A DNA stretch of 64,000 bases from the NCBI RefSeq assembly GCF_009914755.1, contig NC_060926.1; one strand, 5' to 3'. Source of the DNA: the human T2T-CHM13v2.0 reference genome, Homo sapiens. This document shows positions 16,501 to 31,207 of this stretch, in pieces (position 1 is the first letter of the stretch; each line of letters begins with the position of its first letter). The translations under genes and the position numbers were made by a program. The notes beneath the pieces are model-generated. The model had not been told where the DNA came from, did not search any database, and was given only the letters and a program-made list of their open reading frames with translations.

Positions 16501-19500
16501 ATTATTAAAAAAAAAACATTAAAATGAACATGTTAATGTGATTAAAATAGGTTATTCAAACAGGACAGGAACTACTTTAATTTTGTTAGTCAGTAAAATA
16601 CTAAGGTTTGCACAAAAGACTCTGCCTATCAGCTTGCAGTTCCCTCTAGATTTTTGTTTTTCTTTCATTTATGTTGCTGAGGTATTCTAATATTCTAGTT
16701 AGTGAAGCATTGTTTAACCATGTATATCCTTACTAGTCTCATGTACACATGTGGATGTGTATCTGTGCATATTATTGAACAAAGTTAGATGTTCAATACT
16801 TTACCTTTCCCAAAATTGCCATGCAGGTTATATTTAATGTTCTGTTTGCTTAATTTTGATGTATTATTGATGCTGGATGTTGAGGAGAATAAATACAGTA
16901 GTATCCTGGCTCCAGGGTCCAGGATTGATCACTTATAATGAGGGACTTGTGAATGCTAATTGCACATTGCTATATTTCATAAATTCTGGGGGTTGGCAAA
17001 GACAAGGTTATTGCATTTTATCTATCAGAGGTGATTAAGATGACCGAATTCCACTGGAGGTTCCTGAAGCATGAGCTTATTTAGTTACTTATGGCAAACA
17101 ACCCTACTGCCAGATATGGGTAATGCCGTATCTGTGAAGATACTATTACTTTTCTCTCAGCAGTGTAACTGCTCACCTTAATGTGAAAGGTGGGTTGTTA
17201 AGGTGATAATTGGCTGAACTGGGAGACAATTGTGGGAGATCTTTCATTCTTGAAGAAGGAGTGACTTCATTATTTTTGCATAAATGTACTCATATTTTTT
17301 AGCTTGCAGTATCCCTTGTGGTATCTACTTCTAAAGTTTTTCTCTGCAACACATAGTCAAAAAACTCTTAAAATTATGCATATAAAACTAGTATCTGATT
17401 CAGTAGTTCTGAACTTCCTAGACTGTAATTATAGATTTTTCAAAGATAACAGGAGAACATTGGTCTGAAGCATATATGAAATATGTTTCCACGTTAGGAT
17501 CTTACTGTTGTTGAAATTTAAAGATCACAACACTTGATAAAACTCCCAATTTTCCTCCATTTTTGGAAAAGTACTATTAAAGTATTTTTCAATTCAGACC
17601 CATAAAGCACAGTCTCATTTATTTGGGTGTTGTAATAAAAATATAGGTAGTTTGGAGTAGGCTTCTTTTTTTCTCTATTCCTTATTAATTGTAGAGTGGA
17701 GTAAATACAATATGAACTCCACAAGGACCAATTTCCATAGGACCTAATGTTCATTAGACCCCATTATTTCAGGAGCAATACAAAAGGATGCTATTCGATC
17801 TCACTGTGTGCTTTGGGATGATCAAAAGTTCACCACAGCAAGTATCTAGTGTGACACCTTAAAGGGATTAGTTTAACACCTTTTGCTACTGGAGTTGGAC
17901 TGAGAGTTCGCAGCTACTCAGTTCCTTGTACAGACTGCATTGATGTGGCCACATTTAGCTATGTGGAGCTTTTCTATCGCTTTTGTTTAGAATCCCTTTT
18001 ATCTTTACCTATGGGAAATTATTTGTTCCTTGTGATATTTATATATATTATGCGTTCTTTGTGAAATCCTTAGGTGGCCAACCACGAGACCACGGCTGCT
18101 TCTATGTTCCTCATTTCTTCATATTAAGCTTACAGGGGACCCCTGAATTCCCATTGCATTGTCATCACAGGGTTTTGAAGCAACTTGTACTTCTTTTACC
18201 ATATTTATATAACATAAATATCCATTTTTGGTCCACATTTTAAGATTAAAAATCTATTATAATTCCAATGAACAGTACACAAAAACACAGGACATTCAGA
18301 GTGCAAGCAGTTAAGGCATATATGGAAAACAAATATGGTGGTTAGCACAAAGTTATTTGAAAGCTAGATGAACATCAATATTGGTAATACTCCACCATTC
18401 AATTGTCCATTTGTTTAGGCAATAAATAGTTATTGGCTCACTACAATAAAAGGGAAGCATTTTCCCCTTAGGTAGCAGATGAGTTCTTATATCTGTATTT
18501 TTTAAAGAAACATTGTAATTCTTACAAAAACTGCTATTTTAATGAACTATGTGAATCTAGCTTCCAAAAATGCAAGAGAAAGGCAGACTAAAGCCAAGAC
18601 CTGTAATTAACTGCATGCTTATTTGCTAAAATAAATGTGCAATTCTCACTTCTTTCTCTGAATGGGGTTACTGGGACTACTGTCATTAAACTGCCATTTC
18701 AGTCCTATCATTATAGAAATAATAAGAAACAAGTTCTGGAATCTGCTTTTCTCTTCATTTTAGGGTAATTTATTGGTGGAAGCAGAAGTTATTTTTAGAT
18801 GCACTAAATTCTTACATAGTGATACCTACACATATTTTTAAGTACACATAATATGTGGTCATTTCAAATAATAGCTTAGGTAAAAATAATAATTTACATG
18901 TGATTAGCATGCTTTATCAGATAACATAATCAATTTTTATTTTAAGTTCATTAATAATGCAGTAAAAATTGATTTACTATTTCTGTTTATATAATTTACT
19001 CATTTTCCCATAATGGTGAACATTGAATATTTTTGAGCATTTCTTACAGCCTAATACTGTTTTCTAACCATGCACGCCTCTTGCAGGCTACTGGTTCCTA
19101 GTCCTCTCTTCTTTGTCTTTGTTGTTTCTTATTCTACATGATTTCTCTTCCGTTCTTATGGAACTGCCACCTAAGAGTTGTGCAATGCCCAAATGGTATT
19201 ATCAACCAAGGCTTTTCTGCTATCCAAATATTCTTGGGTAATCCAAAGTCACATCAAAATGTACAAACGTTTATCATATGCTATCCATTTAGCTGGGATC
19301 TCTAATGGAACAAGGGATATACCTTAATAAACATGCAAAATAAACTCCAAGACAGAGCTTAGTCTACAGAGATAAAGATTTACACACACATATTTTAAAC
19401 TAAACTCAAAATATTCTAAAATAAACTTACTATTATTCTGGCTTACTTGCTATTCTTTTATTCTTAATTGTTTCACATGTTTCAAACAAACAAACAAAAA

Positions 19501-20589
19501 GGAAATGACTACCTTTTTCAGATGTTGCTCAGAGGAACTAAGATGAAAACTAAAGATTGGATTTGGCAACTGGGAATCTCATTGGTGATCTTTGAACACA
19601 GAATAAAAAATACACTGTGGAGACAAAAGTTTGACTGATATGACTATTAAACAGAGTGGGAAATAAGATAGTAGAGAAAGCAAAACACTAAGTATTTAAG
19701 TTGTTTCACCATAGAAGACAGCATAAAAGTAAGAAACCAACTGGTAAAGAATCTAGGTTCAAAAGACTGATTTTTCTTCTTTAAGACCATAAATATTACA
19801 GTTATTATTATACTGATTTTAAAAAGTAGAAAGAAAAGTATAGGTTATACTGTAAAGTGGGATATTATTACAGAGGAAATGTAATTTAGTGAATATATGA
19901 GAATTATATTCTCATATATAGGAAGGGGTAGAAAGATGCTACATGGAACAAGGACAACAACTGCCTCGCTTCTAGACATGGTTGTATGTAGAGTGTATAT
20001 AAAATAGTATTTTCTTGAGAGAGTCATTAAAAGCAGTGTAGTGGCGGGGGGAAACAAACTTTCAAAGATGGGACTAAAGATGTTACAGGATCGTTTGATC
20101 ATGAGTTACAAACTGGAGTATTTGGGGGTTCATAAGAGGTTAGTGATTGAGTCACATGATCCGCTGTAAAGAGCCAGAGATAAACAGTCTGAAAGATAAA
20201 ATAGAAGGGAGGAGGATTCTTCCTGGGAAGATTGGAGTGATCAGAAATGTTCGTGATGGCATTCATTAGACCAGAATGCTTCCGTGGGGGAGTGAAGAAT
20301 TAATGGTAAATGTAGCTTACTTTAGGGACACATCTCTTTGTCAGTTTACAGCAATGGTGCTGACAATGTTGGGGATAGGAGTTGCGTTTGCTTTTTCTAC
20401 ATTTTTGCTCATCTTCTTTCCAAATGGCAAGAGGCTATCTGACCCCATCTTTGGCTGAAATGGGGAAGGAGGAGAGTTACAAAATAGTACATAATTGTTT
20501 TTCATTGGCACCCATTACCCTGACTTCTTCACGTTCTATGGATTAAGAAGATTGTTAATTTCATAGGGTGCTTTCTTGAACTTCTTGGT

Positions 20590-22500
20590 ATTAAAAAAAA
20601 AATCTTCAGCTGAATTAAATTTAAAGGAGTTTGAGCAATGAACAATTCACAAATTGGGCAGTCCCCAGAATCACAGCAGATTCAGAGAGACTCCAACACA
20701 GCCACATGGTGGGAAGAAGATTTGTAGAAAAAAAAAAAGTGAAATTATGTACAAAAATACAAAGTGAGGTACGGAAACAGCTGGATTGGTTTGCCTTATT
20801 TGAACATGGTTCAAACAGTTGGCTACATTTGATTGGCCAAAGCTCAGTGATTGGCATAGGCGTAGGCTATGATTGGTTTACGCCTCCACCTGTTATAGTT
20901 CATCATGTACAGAAAAACCTTTAGGCCAACTTAAATATGTAAGGAGGCAGCTTGAGGCTACACTTGATTAACAATTCCCCCCTTTTTGTCATTTTCTCAG
21001 TTTTTAGAGATTGACCAAAACTTTAGTTATGATGTTGTCATTGGTCTTGAAACAGTAGGTTATGTAAGTTGGGAGTGAGGACTGAGTAGAGGGTACCTCT
21101 TTATGCTGGAACATCCTGTTTTCAGGAGAAAAACACAACTTTTCCTTTTCTGATCTAGGATCTACATATTTTCTTAAAGTCTTAGTTTGAATATGTGACA
21201 TTTAACACAAGCGAATTTATTTTGGTTTGATTTGGTCTTTTGGGGTCTAGTGCCTAAGCTCAGCCCAAAACAATAGCCTCTGATATATATTTTTTTAATT
21301 CTTCCTTTTTGGCTAGGTTCTCACTTAGGTGAGAGTGTGATCAAAACTTAGGGCCTTAGCGCCACTCTGTTACCATCATTTTGAGTTTCTGTTCTCAGCA
21401 TATCATTTATAGGGTATGGCGTCCTCATGATTGTACATTTCTTTCAGGTCTTGTGATTTCAATTGAAGAGAGACCATTTGACTTTCTAGAGATGGCTGTA
21501 TGCAAACATTTGAGAGAATGTAGAGCACCGGAAAGACTACTATTATGACTATCAAGAGGATAACACCAAGAGTTTGGAGTATGCTCCTTACCCAGGGTTC
21601 CCATAAACCAAACCACCTAAAATCAAATAGATCAAAGAATGAGTTAGATAAAGGGTCTACTCGCTTAACTAGGTGGTCTCTTTGTTAATCTCCGACACCC
21701 GAATCTCTACAATACCCGATGTTTTCTCCACAGGCCATAAGTGCCAGCAGCTGCACAGATATTTTTCTGTTTAGCCAATTCCATTATTTAGCAACATTTT
21801 ACATAACTTAAATTTTATTTTGAAATCATAGCCTTTACAGTAGAATCTGCTATAGAGCCTATCATAAGGGATACATTTTTTAATCATTGCCTCTTCTACT
21901 TTAAACCATGGAAAAAGAACCTAATGAATGATGCTGTGCCCTTCTAGAAGAGTGAAGGCCTCCTGGCAATGTTCTCTTTAACCCATAATGTGGGTTAAGA
22001 GGAATGAATCAATGTTCTGTTTCTTACTGACTATCAGGCAACATATGTACCACCAAAGTTTCTTACCTGCATTGGGTCTTTGTCTTTTATCTCTTAAACT
22101 ATAAGGTCATCCATATATAAGGCTGGCTGAAAAATCCTTCACACATAAAAGTGTGCCCCATAAGTGCACACAACAGACTCCCTTTTCACGTCTATTGTTC
22201 ACAGAAGCATAACCAAGGGAAAATATTCAAAGATAAGAGTCTCGTGAGTGTAGAGAAGTTTCAATCCGTGATTTTGGGAAAAGCTGTTCACATTAAGGGT
22301 GTTATCTTCTTCTGGAGAGAAACTTTCCTGGTGAGCTTAACCTTCAGAGTTCCAATGGGTGCACTGTTCCAAGAGTGTGGAAGGATCCTTCTCAGTTGTG
22401 AGATTATGAACCTGAAGTTCAAGGTCCTGAAGTCTTGCTGTAGTGTAGATTGCAAGGACAGTCTTTCTCTGATGTTCTCAGAAGATCTGATCATAGGCAG
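20590..22500 (-). mobile_element. MER57-family ERV1: 3' LTR (20590-20972) plus partial internal region
   Basis: The LTR reverse complement begins tgttaatcaagtgtagcctcaagctgcctccttacatatttaag. It is preceded on the minus strand by the polypurine tract aaaaaggggggaat. Internal sequence extends to about 22500 and no 5' LTR is visible. Confidence 0.75.
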
Positions 22501-24883
22501 CCCTCTAGCAGTACTTGCCCTGGGCTTGTGATGGTGGTGGACACAGGGAGGGACTCCTCTGCCTGCCAAAACGGAAGGGAAAAATAGGAAGGACTTTTTC
22601 TAGTGGTTTTGGCACTAGCTCAATATCAAGAGAATAGAGCACCAGGTAGATTTCTAAGATTTCCAACTCCAGGCCCTGGCTTTCAAATGGCATCTCTGTA
22701 TGTGCTTAGGGTCTGAGGAAACTCGCCACCCTTAAGTGAAGTACACAAGCTTCACTGGCTTCATTCAACTCTTCAGTGCCCAGATGCTGAAAAACATTCA
22801 CAACAATCAAGACCATACAGAAAAACATGACCTCATCAAATGAACTAAATAAGACACCAGAGACCAATTTCAGAGAAACAGTTATGTGACCTTTCAGACA
22901 GAATATTCAAAATAGTTGTTTTGAGGAAACTCAAAGAAATTCAAGATAACACAGGGAAATCATTTAGAATCCTATCAGACAAACTTAACAAAGAAATTTA
23001 AATAATTAAAAATAATCAAGAGAAATTCTGGAGTTGAGAAGTGCAATTGACATACTGAAGAATGCATCAGAGTCGCTTAATGACAGAACTGATGAAGCAG
23101 AAAAAGAATTAGTGAGTTTCAAGACAGGGTATTTGAAAAGAAGAGACAAAAGAACAAAAAATACAAAATAATGAAGCATGCCAATGGTATCTAAAAATAG
23201 CCTCGAAAGGGCAAATCAAAGAGTTCTTGACCTTAATTTAAAAGTAGATAGATAGGGGTAAAAATTTATTCAAAGGGATAATAACAGAGAACTTTACAAC
23301 CCTAAAGAAAGACATAAATATTCGTGTATAAGAAAGTTATGAAACACCAAGCAGATTCAACCAAAAGAAGACTACTTCAAGGCATTTCATAACCAAACTC
23401 CCAAAGTCAAAGATACAGAAAAGATCCTAAAAGCCGCAGGAGAAAATAAACAAATAACATAAAATGGAGCTCCAACATGTCTGGCAGCACTTTTTTTTCA
23501 TTGAAAATCTTACACACTGGAAGACATTGGCATAAAATGTAAAAGGGCTAAAGGAAAAACCTTTTACCCTAGAAGAGCATATCTGGGGAAAATATCTTTC
23601 AGACATGAAAGATAAAAAAGGACTTTCCCAGGAAAGCCTGAGGAATTTTATCAAGACTGCATCTGTCCTACAAGAAATACTAAAAGGGATTATTTCATCT
23701 GAAAGAAAAAGACATAATGAGCTAGAAGACATCATCTGAAGGTACAAAACTCACTGGTAATAGCAGGTGCACAGAAAAAGATAGAATCTTATAACATTGT
23801 AATTGTAAATTAGTCATATCTTAAGTAGAGAAATGAAAAGATGAACTGATCACAAATAATAACTGCAACAATTTTACAAGACTTAGTCAGTACAGTAAGA
23901 TATACATAGAAACAACAAAAAGTTAGAAAGTGGGGAGATAAAGTGTAGAGTTTCTATTAGTTTTCTCTGCCTGTTTGTTAATTGGCAGTGTTATCAGTTT
24001 AAAATAATGGCATAGAAGATATTATTTGCAAGCTTTATGGTAACCTCAAATCTAAATAATACAAGGGCTACACAAAATGAAAAGCAAGAAATTAAAACAT
24101 GTCACTGGAGAAAATAACCTTCATTAAAAGGAAGACAGGAAGAAAGAAAAGAAAAAAGAAAAGAACACAAAAAGACCAGAAAAAAAAAATAATAAAATGA
24201 CAGGAGTAAGATCTTACTTATCAATAATAACATTGAATGTAAATGGACTAACCTCTAATAAAAACAAATAGAATGGCTTAGTGGATTTTAAAAAATGAGA
24301 CCCAATGATCCATTGGCTACAGAAAACATGATTCACCTATAAAGGCACATATAGACTGAAAAAAAAGGAATGAAAAAAGATATTCCATGCCAATGGAAGT
24401 TTAAAAAAGAGCAGGAGTAGCTATACTTATATCAGACAAGATAGATTTCAAGACAAAAACTGTAATAAGAGACAAAGATCATTATATAATAATAAAGAGG
24501 TCAATTCAGCAAGAGGATATAATGATTATAAATACACTTTCACCTAACAATGGAGCACTCAGATATATAAATTAAATATTATTATGGCTAAATAGGGAGA
24601 TAGACCTCAATACTATAATAGCTGGATACTTCAACAACTCATTTCAGCACTGGAAACCTCATTCAGACAGAAAATCAACAACAACAAAAAATTTGGACTT
24701 AATATGCACTACAGGCCAGTAGGACATAATAGATATTTACAAAACATCTCATCCAGTGACGGCAGAATACACATTCTTCTCCTCAGCACATGAATCAGTC
24801 TCAATTGTAGACCACACATTAGGCAACAATGCAAGTCTTTTTTTTTTTTTTTTTTTTTTCCTCAGGGAGCTGTTCCGACTCTT

Positions 24884-24889
24884 TTTATT
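24884..24889 (-). terminator. Polyadenylation signal of the retroposed transcript
   Basis: AATAAA on the minus strand, 24 nt upstream of the poly(A) tail. Confidence 0.8.
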
Positions 24890-24932
24890 TTTTTATCCTG
24901 AAGGGAAAGATAAAGGGCGGGAAAGGGCGTCA

Positions 24933-25907
<975 letters not shown>

Positions 25908-25936
25908 TTATGTTTTGTTGTTATATAGGGAACGAT

Positions 25937-25943
25937 AAAAAAA
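25937..25943 (-). terminator. Pol III T7 terminator of snaR
   Basis: A7 on the + strand directly next to the T10 run, i.e. A10 then T7 in the transcript. Confidence 0.8.
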
Positions 25944-26057
25944 TTTTTTTTTTCAACCAATGTGGACCAGGTTGGCCTCAAACTCGTACCCTCGCACCCT
26001 CGCCTCCCTGAGGGCCCGAGGGCCAGCGCAACCGGCCGGAGCCACAGTGGCTCCGGG
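25937..26057 (-). ncRNA. SNAR-H: snaR (small NF90/ILF3-associated RNA), Pol III transcript of about 120 nt; probably the dispersed copy SNAR-H
   Basis: The minus strand reads CCCGGAGCCACTGTGGCTCCGGCCGGTTGCGCTGGCCCTCGGGCCCTCAGGGAGGCGAGGGTGCGAGGGTACGAGTTTGAGGCCAACCTGGTCCACATTGGTTG-A10-T7, collinear with the recalled snaR-A sequence. It has an A-box-like TGGCTCCGGCCGG, a B-box-like GAGTTTGAGGCC, oligo-A and a T-run terminator. The family call is strong. The H assignment rests on recall that SNAR-H (chr2) and SNAR-I (chr3) are the solitary copies. Confidence 0.85.
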
Positions 26058-26262
26058 TGTTGGGGCTGTCCTTTCTTCCCTTTGATCTTACGCAGGGTGA
26101 CGGAGCCAATCACGAGAGGCTCACCCCTGACGTCACCCAGTCCCCAGGGCCAGGGAGGGCCCTGCGTTCCATGGCGCCCCCTGGAGGGAGGAAGGGGAAC
26201 TGTATCTGAGAGAGAGCAGCCAATTGGGACCGCTGACTCGGGCTGGGTTCCCACGCCACGTC
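26058..26262 (-). promoter_or_regulatory. snaR upstream flank with NF-Y CCAAT box, CRE and CTCF-like motif
   Basis: AGCCAATCA at 26104-26112, palindromic TGACGTCA at 26128-26135, TGGCGCCCCCTGGAGGG at 26172-26188 and CCAATTGG at 26220-26227. The segment is CpG-rich. Confidence 0.65.
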
Positions 26263-27515
26263 CAACAATGCAAGCCTTAAAGCATAAAAATATTGAAATA
26301 TTATCAAGTATCTTCTCTAGCCACAATGGAATAACACTAAAAATCAATAATAAGTAGAATTTTGGAAACTATACAAATAAATGAAAAATAAACAATATGC
26401 TCCTGAATGACAAGTGGGTCACTGAAGAGAATAAGAAGAAAATTTAAAAATGTATTGAAGCAAACAATAATGGAAACACAGCATACCAAAACCTTTGGGA
26501 CACAGGGAAAGCAATACTAAGAAGGAAGCTTATAGGTATAAATGCCTACATAAAAAAAGAAAAAAAAAAAACCTTCAACTAAGCAACATAATAATACGTC
26601 ATAATGAACTAGAAAAGCAACAGCAAACCAAACCCAAAGTTGATAGAGGAAAAGACATAATAAAGATCGAGTAGAAATAAATGAAATTGAAGTAAAGTGA
26701 AGAAAATAGGTTATTATAACAAAAAGATACAGAAGATTAATGGAAAAAATATCAATTTTAGAAAAAATAAACAAAATTGACAAACCTTTAGCCACACTAA
26801 CAATAAAAGAAAAGATCCAAATAAATAAAATCGGAGATGAAAAAGGAGAAATTACAACTGGTAACTTCAGAAATTCAAAGAATCGTTAGTAGCTATTATG
26901 CACAAATACATGGAAATAAACTGGATAATTTAGAAGAAATGGATAAATTTCTAGACACATACAACCTACCAAAATTGAATGATGAAGAAATCTAAAACCT
27001 AAACAAATCAATAACAAGTAATAAGATTGAAGCTGAAATAAAATGTCTCCCAGTAAAAAAGTAATCCAATGCCTTCATTGCTGAATTTTCTGAAGCATTT
27101 AAAAAAACTAACACTAATCCTACACAAACTAGTCCAAAAAATAGGGGAAGAAGGAATACTTCCAAACTCATTCTATGAGGCCAGTAATACTACCCTGATA
27201 CTAAAACCGGATAGAGACACATTCAAATAAGAAAAACTACAGGCCAATATACCCAATGAATATTGACACAAAAATTCTCGACAATATACCAGCAATCCAA
27301 ATTCACCGATACATTAAAAAGATCATCATGATGAAGTGGGATGTATCCCAGGGATGCAAGAGTGGTTCAACATATGCAAATCAATCAATGTGATACATCA
27401 TATAAACAGAATGAAGGACAAGAACCTTAGGGTCATTTCAATTGATGCTAAAAAGCATTTGAGAAAATTGAATATCCTTTCACGATCAAAAAGATAAAAA
27501 CCTAAAAAAACTGGG

Positions 27516-28057
27516 TGTAATAGTCAGGGCTCTCCACAGGGACATAACTAATAGGATAGTTGTATATATAAATTGAAGTTTTAAGGAGTATTGACTCACG
27601 CTATCACAAGATGAAGCCCCGCACTAGGCTGTCTGCCAGCTGAGGAGCAAGGAAGCTAGTTCGAGTCCCAAAACCTCAAAAATAGGGAAACTGACAGTGC
27701 AGTCTTCAGTCTGTGACTGAAGGCCCGCAAGCCCTTGGTAAACCACTGGTGTGATTCCAAGAGTCCAAAAGCTGAACAACTTGGAGTCCAATGTCAGAGG
27801 GCAGAAAGCATCCAGTATGGGAGAAAGGTGAAGACTGGAAGACTCAGCAAGTCTGCTGTTCCATCATCTCCTGCCTGCTTTATTCTAGTTGTGCTGGCAG
27901 CTGATTAGATGGTGCCCACCCAGATTGAGGGTCGGCCTCTCCCAGTCCACTGACTCAAATATTAATCTCCTTTGGCAACACCCTCACAGACACACCCAAG
28001 AAAAATACTTTGCATCCTTCAGTACAATCAACTTGACACTCAATATTAACCATCACA
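27516..28057 (-). mobile_element. MLT2B-type (HERV-L) solo LTR
   Basis: tgtaatagtcagggctctcc...caatattaaccatcaca with a perfect 5-bp TSD ctggg (27511-27515, 28058-28062). Confidence 0.88.
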
Positions 28058-28419
28058 CTGGGCATGGAAGGAGTATATCTCAATATAATAAAAGCCATAC
28101 ACTAGAGACTGACAGTATCATACTGTATGGTGAAAAATAAAAGGCCTTTTCTCTAAGACCTGGAACATGACAAAGATGCTGACTTTCACCACTGTTATTT
28201 TACATAATACTGGAAGACCCGGGTAAAGCAATGAGGCAAGAAAAAGAAAGAAAGGGCATCCAAACTGGAAAAGAAGAAATCAAATTATCCTTGTTGTCAG
28301 ATGATATAATCTTACATTTGGAAAAACCTAAAGACTCCACCAAAAACCTATTAGAAAAGAGAAACAAATTCAATAAAGTTGCAAGATGCAAAATCCACGT
28401 ACAGAAATCAGTAGCATTT

Positions 28420-28727
<308 letters not shown>

Positions 28728-30777
28728 ATCAGTAGCATTTCTATATGTCAACAGTGAACAATCTGAAAAAGAAATAAAAAATGTGATAGTCACAAACATG
28801 ATTAAATTCCTAGAAATTAACTTAACCTGAGAAGTGAAAGATCTCTACAATAAAAAGTGTAAATCATTGATGAAAGAATTTGAAGAAGACACATATAAAA
28901 GGAAAGATATTCTATGTTCATTGAATAAAAGAATCAATATTGTTAAATTGTCTATACTATCCAAAGCAATCTACAGATTTAATGAAATTCCTATTGAAAT
29001 AGGAGATAAGGGAAAAGTTGTGCACTGTTGGTGGGAATGGAAATTAGTACAAACACTATAAAAAACAGTTTGGAGGTTGGTTCCTCAAAAAAACTAAAAA
29101 CAGAACTACTATATCATCCAGCAATCCCACTGCTAGATGTATACCCAAAAGAAAGGAAATCAGTATGTTGAAGAGATATCTACCCTCATATGTTTATTGC
29201 AACACTATTCACAGCAGCCAAGATTTGGAAGCAACGTAAGTGATCATCAACAGATGAATGGATAAAGAAAATTCAGCCATAAAACAGAAGAAGATACTGT
29301 CATTTGCAACAACATGGAAGGAAGAAGAGGTCATTATGTTAAGTAAAACAAGCCAGGTACAGAAAGACAAACTTCACATGGTCTCGATTATTTATGGAAG
29401 CTAAACATTAAAACAATTTAACTCATGAAGTTAGAGAGTAGAATGATGCTTACCAGAGGCTGCGGAGAGTAGTAGGGAGTGTGGGGGTATAAAAGGTGGG
29501 ATAGTTAATGGGTATAAAAAATAGGATGAATAAGATCTAGTATTTCATAACAAAATAGGGTGATTATAGTCAATAATAATTCAATTGTACATTTTAAAAT
29601 AACTGAAAGAGCATCATTGGATTGTTTGTAACACAAAGGATAAATGCTTGAGGTGATGGATACCTCATTTACCCTAATTTGTTTATTACACATTGTATGC
29701 CTGTACCAAAGTATCTCATATACCCTGCAAATATAAACATCAACTGTGTACCCACAAAAATTAAAAATAAGAATTACAAAAATATATTTCCCTTATGTAA
29801 AATTTCATTTTTTTAAATTTTTGGATCTGGCTTAAATCTTTTTTCAACTAAGCTCTGAAAGCACTCACTTTATATAATGGGAAGAGAAAATGCAGATTCT
29901 TCATTTTCTGGTAGAAGTGGTAAGAGGTAAAGAGAAAAATAAACCCTCATGGACTAATTCAGTCATTGTGTAAAATAACTGAAGGCAATGATATTATCCA
30001 TCCTTTATCTAGACTTATTTGAATAATTAACTTATGGTGTTTAGAGAAAACTTCATGGAACAAGTGAATCTTCAAGCTAAATAATACATAATATTTGAAA
30101 TGAAAAATTTACTACAAAATTATAGGTTGATTTACAGAGCATGAGAGATGTTCTTTTCAACAACCAGCTCCTCAAATTTGTAGCTGCAAATTAAAAACTC
30201 TGCTTTATTCTAAAAACAAAGAAATAGTCCCTTTTCATTTTTATATCATTTTTGCTCAGTAAAATTTTGCCAAGGGAGGGTGTGATGCAAGAATATCAAT
30301 TTAGATGTATTTTTGATATAGGTTTTGGATGAACCATACTCTTTCTTATTGATCTGCAGCTGATTGAAAACGTACTAAGAAGCCAGCATACAGCCATCAA
30401 ATCAATGTTCCTGCTTAGATATGTTGACAACACTCATTTTTCCTGTCCTGGAATATTTGCCTTTCATTTACTTTGATTCACAATGCTTGGGTTCACGACA
30501 AAGGATGATCTTTTAACACGACACTAAATTCCATTACTCTCTATTGCTTCATTACCCTCCGTCCACGGATAAACTCAATTATTCCATTTCTTCATGGATA
30601 CATCCAAAGAGACTGAGACATGCATCATACTTTTATAGAAATGCACAAGCATGACAAATTGGTTCAACTTCAAATCCATAATCAAAATGTCAAAGCTTGG
30701 TAATCAAGTGAGTACACTTGTTAACTTACTCTGTTTTTATGCACAATGATCAATTTATTCTTTTTTTATTGTTTATT

Positions 30778-31062
30778 CTTTTTTTTTTTTTTGGAGACAG
30801 AGTTTTGCTCTTGTTGCCCAGACTGGAGTGCAATGGCACTGCAACCTCCACCTTCCGGGTTCAATAGATTCTCCTGTCTCAGTCTCACAAGTAGCTAGGA
30901 TTACAGGTGTGTGCAACCACGCCCAGCTAATTCTTGTATTTTTAGTAGAGACGGGGTTTCGCCATGTTGGCCAGGCTGATCTCAAACTCCAGACCTCAGT
31001 TGATCCACCTACCTTGACCTCCCAAAGTCCTGGGATTACAGGCATGAGCCACTGTGTGCAAT
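30778..31062 (-). mobile_element. AluS
   Basis: Poly(T) then gagacagagttttgctcttgttgccc...gggattacaggcatgagccactg. Confidence 0.88.
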
Positions 31063-31207
31063 TTATTGCTTATTTTCCCCCCATGTCTCCCCATAAGTCA
31101 TATTGATTATAAAACATATTCTTATTTAAACAAAACAACTCCATTTCACTGTTTATTTTCACCCAGTTACATATTTATTTCTCTCAGTATACTATGTAAA
31201 AATATTT

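Noticed and set aside
16500-19300. Apparently unique non-repeat stretch as a possible exon or conserved element
   Set aside because: No convincing ORF, splice pattern or RNA motif is visible, and conservation cannot be assessed from this sequence alone.
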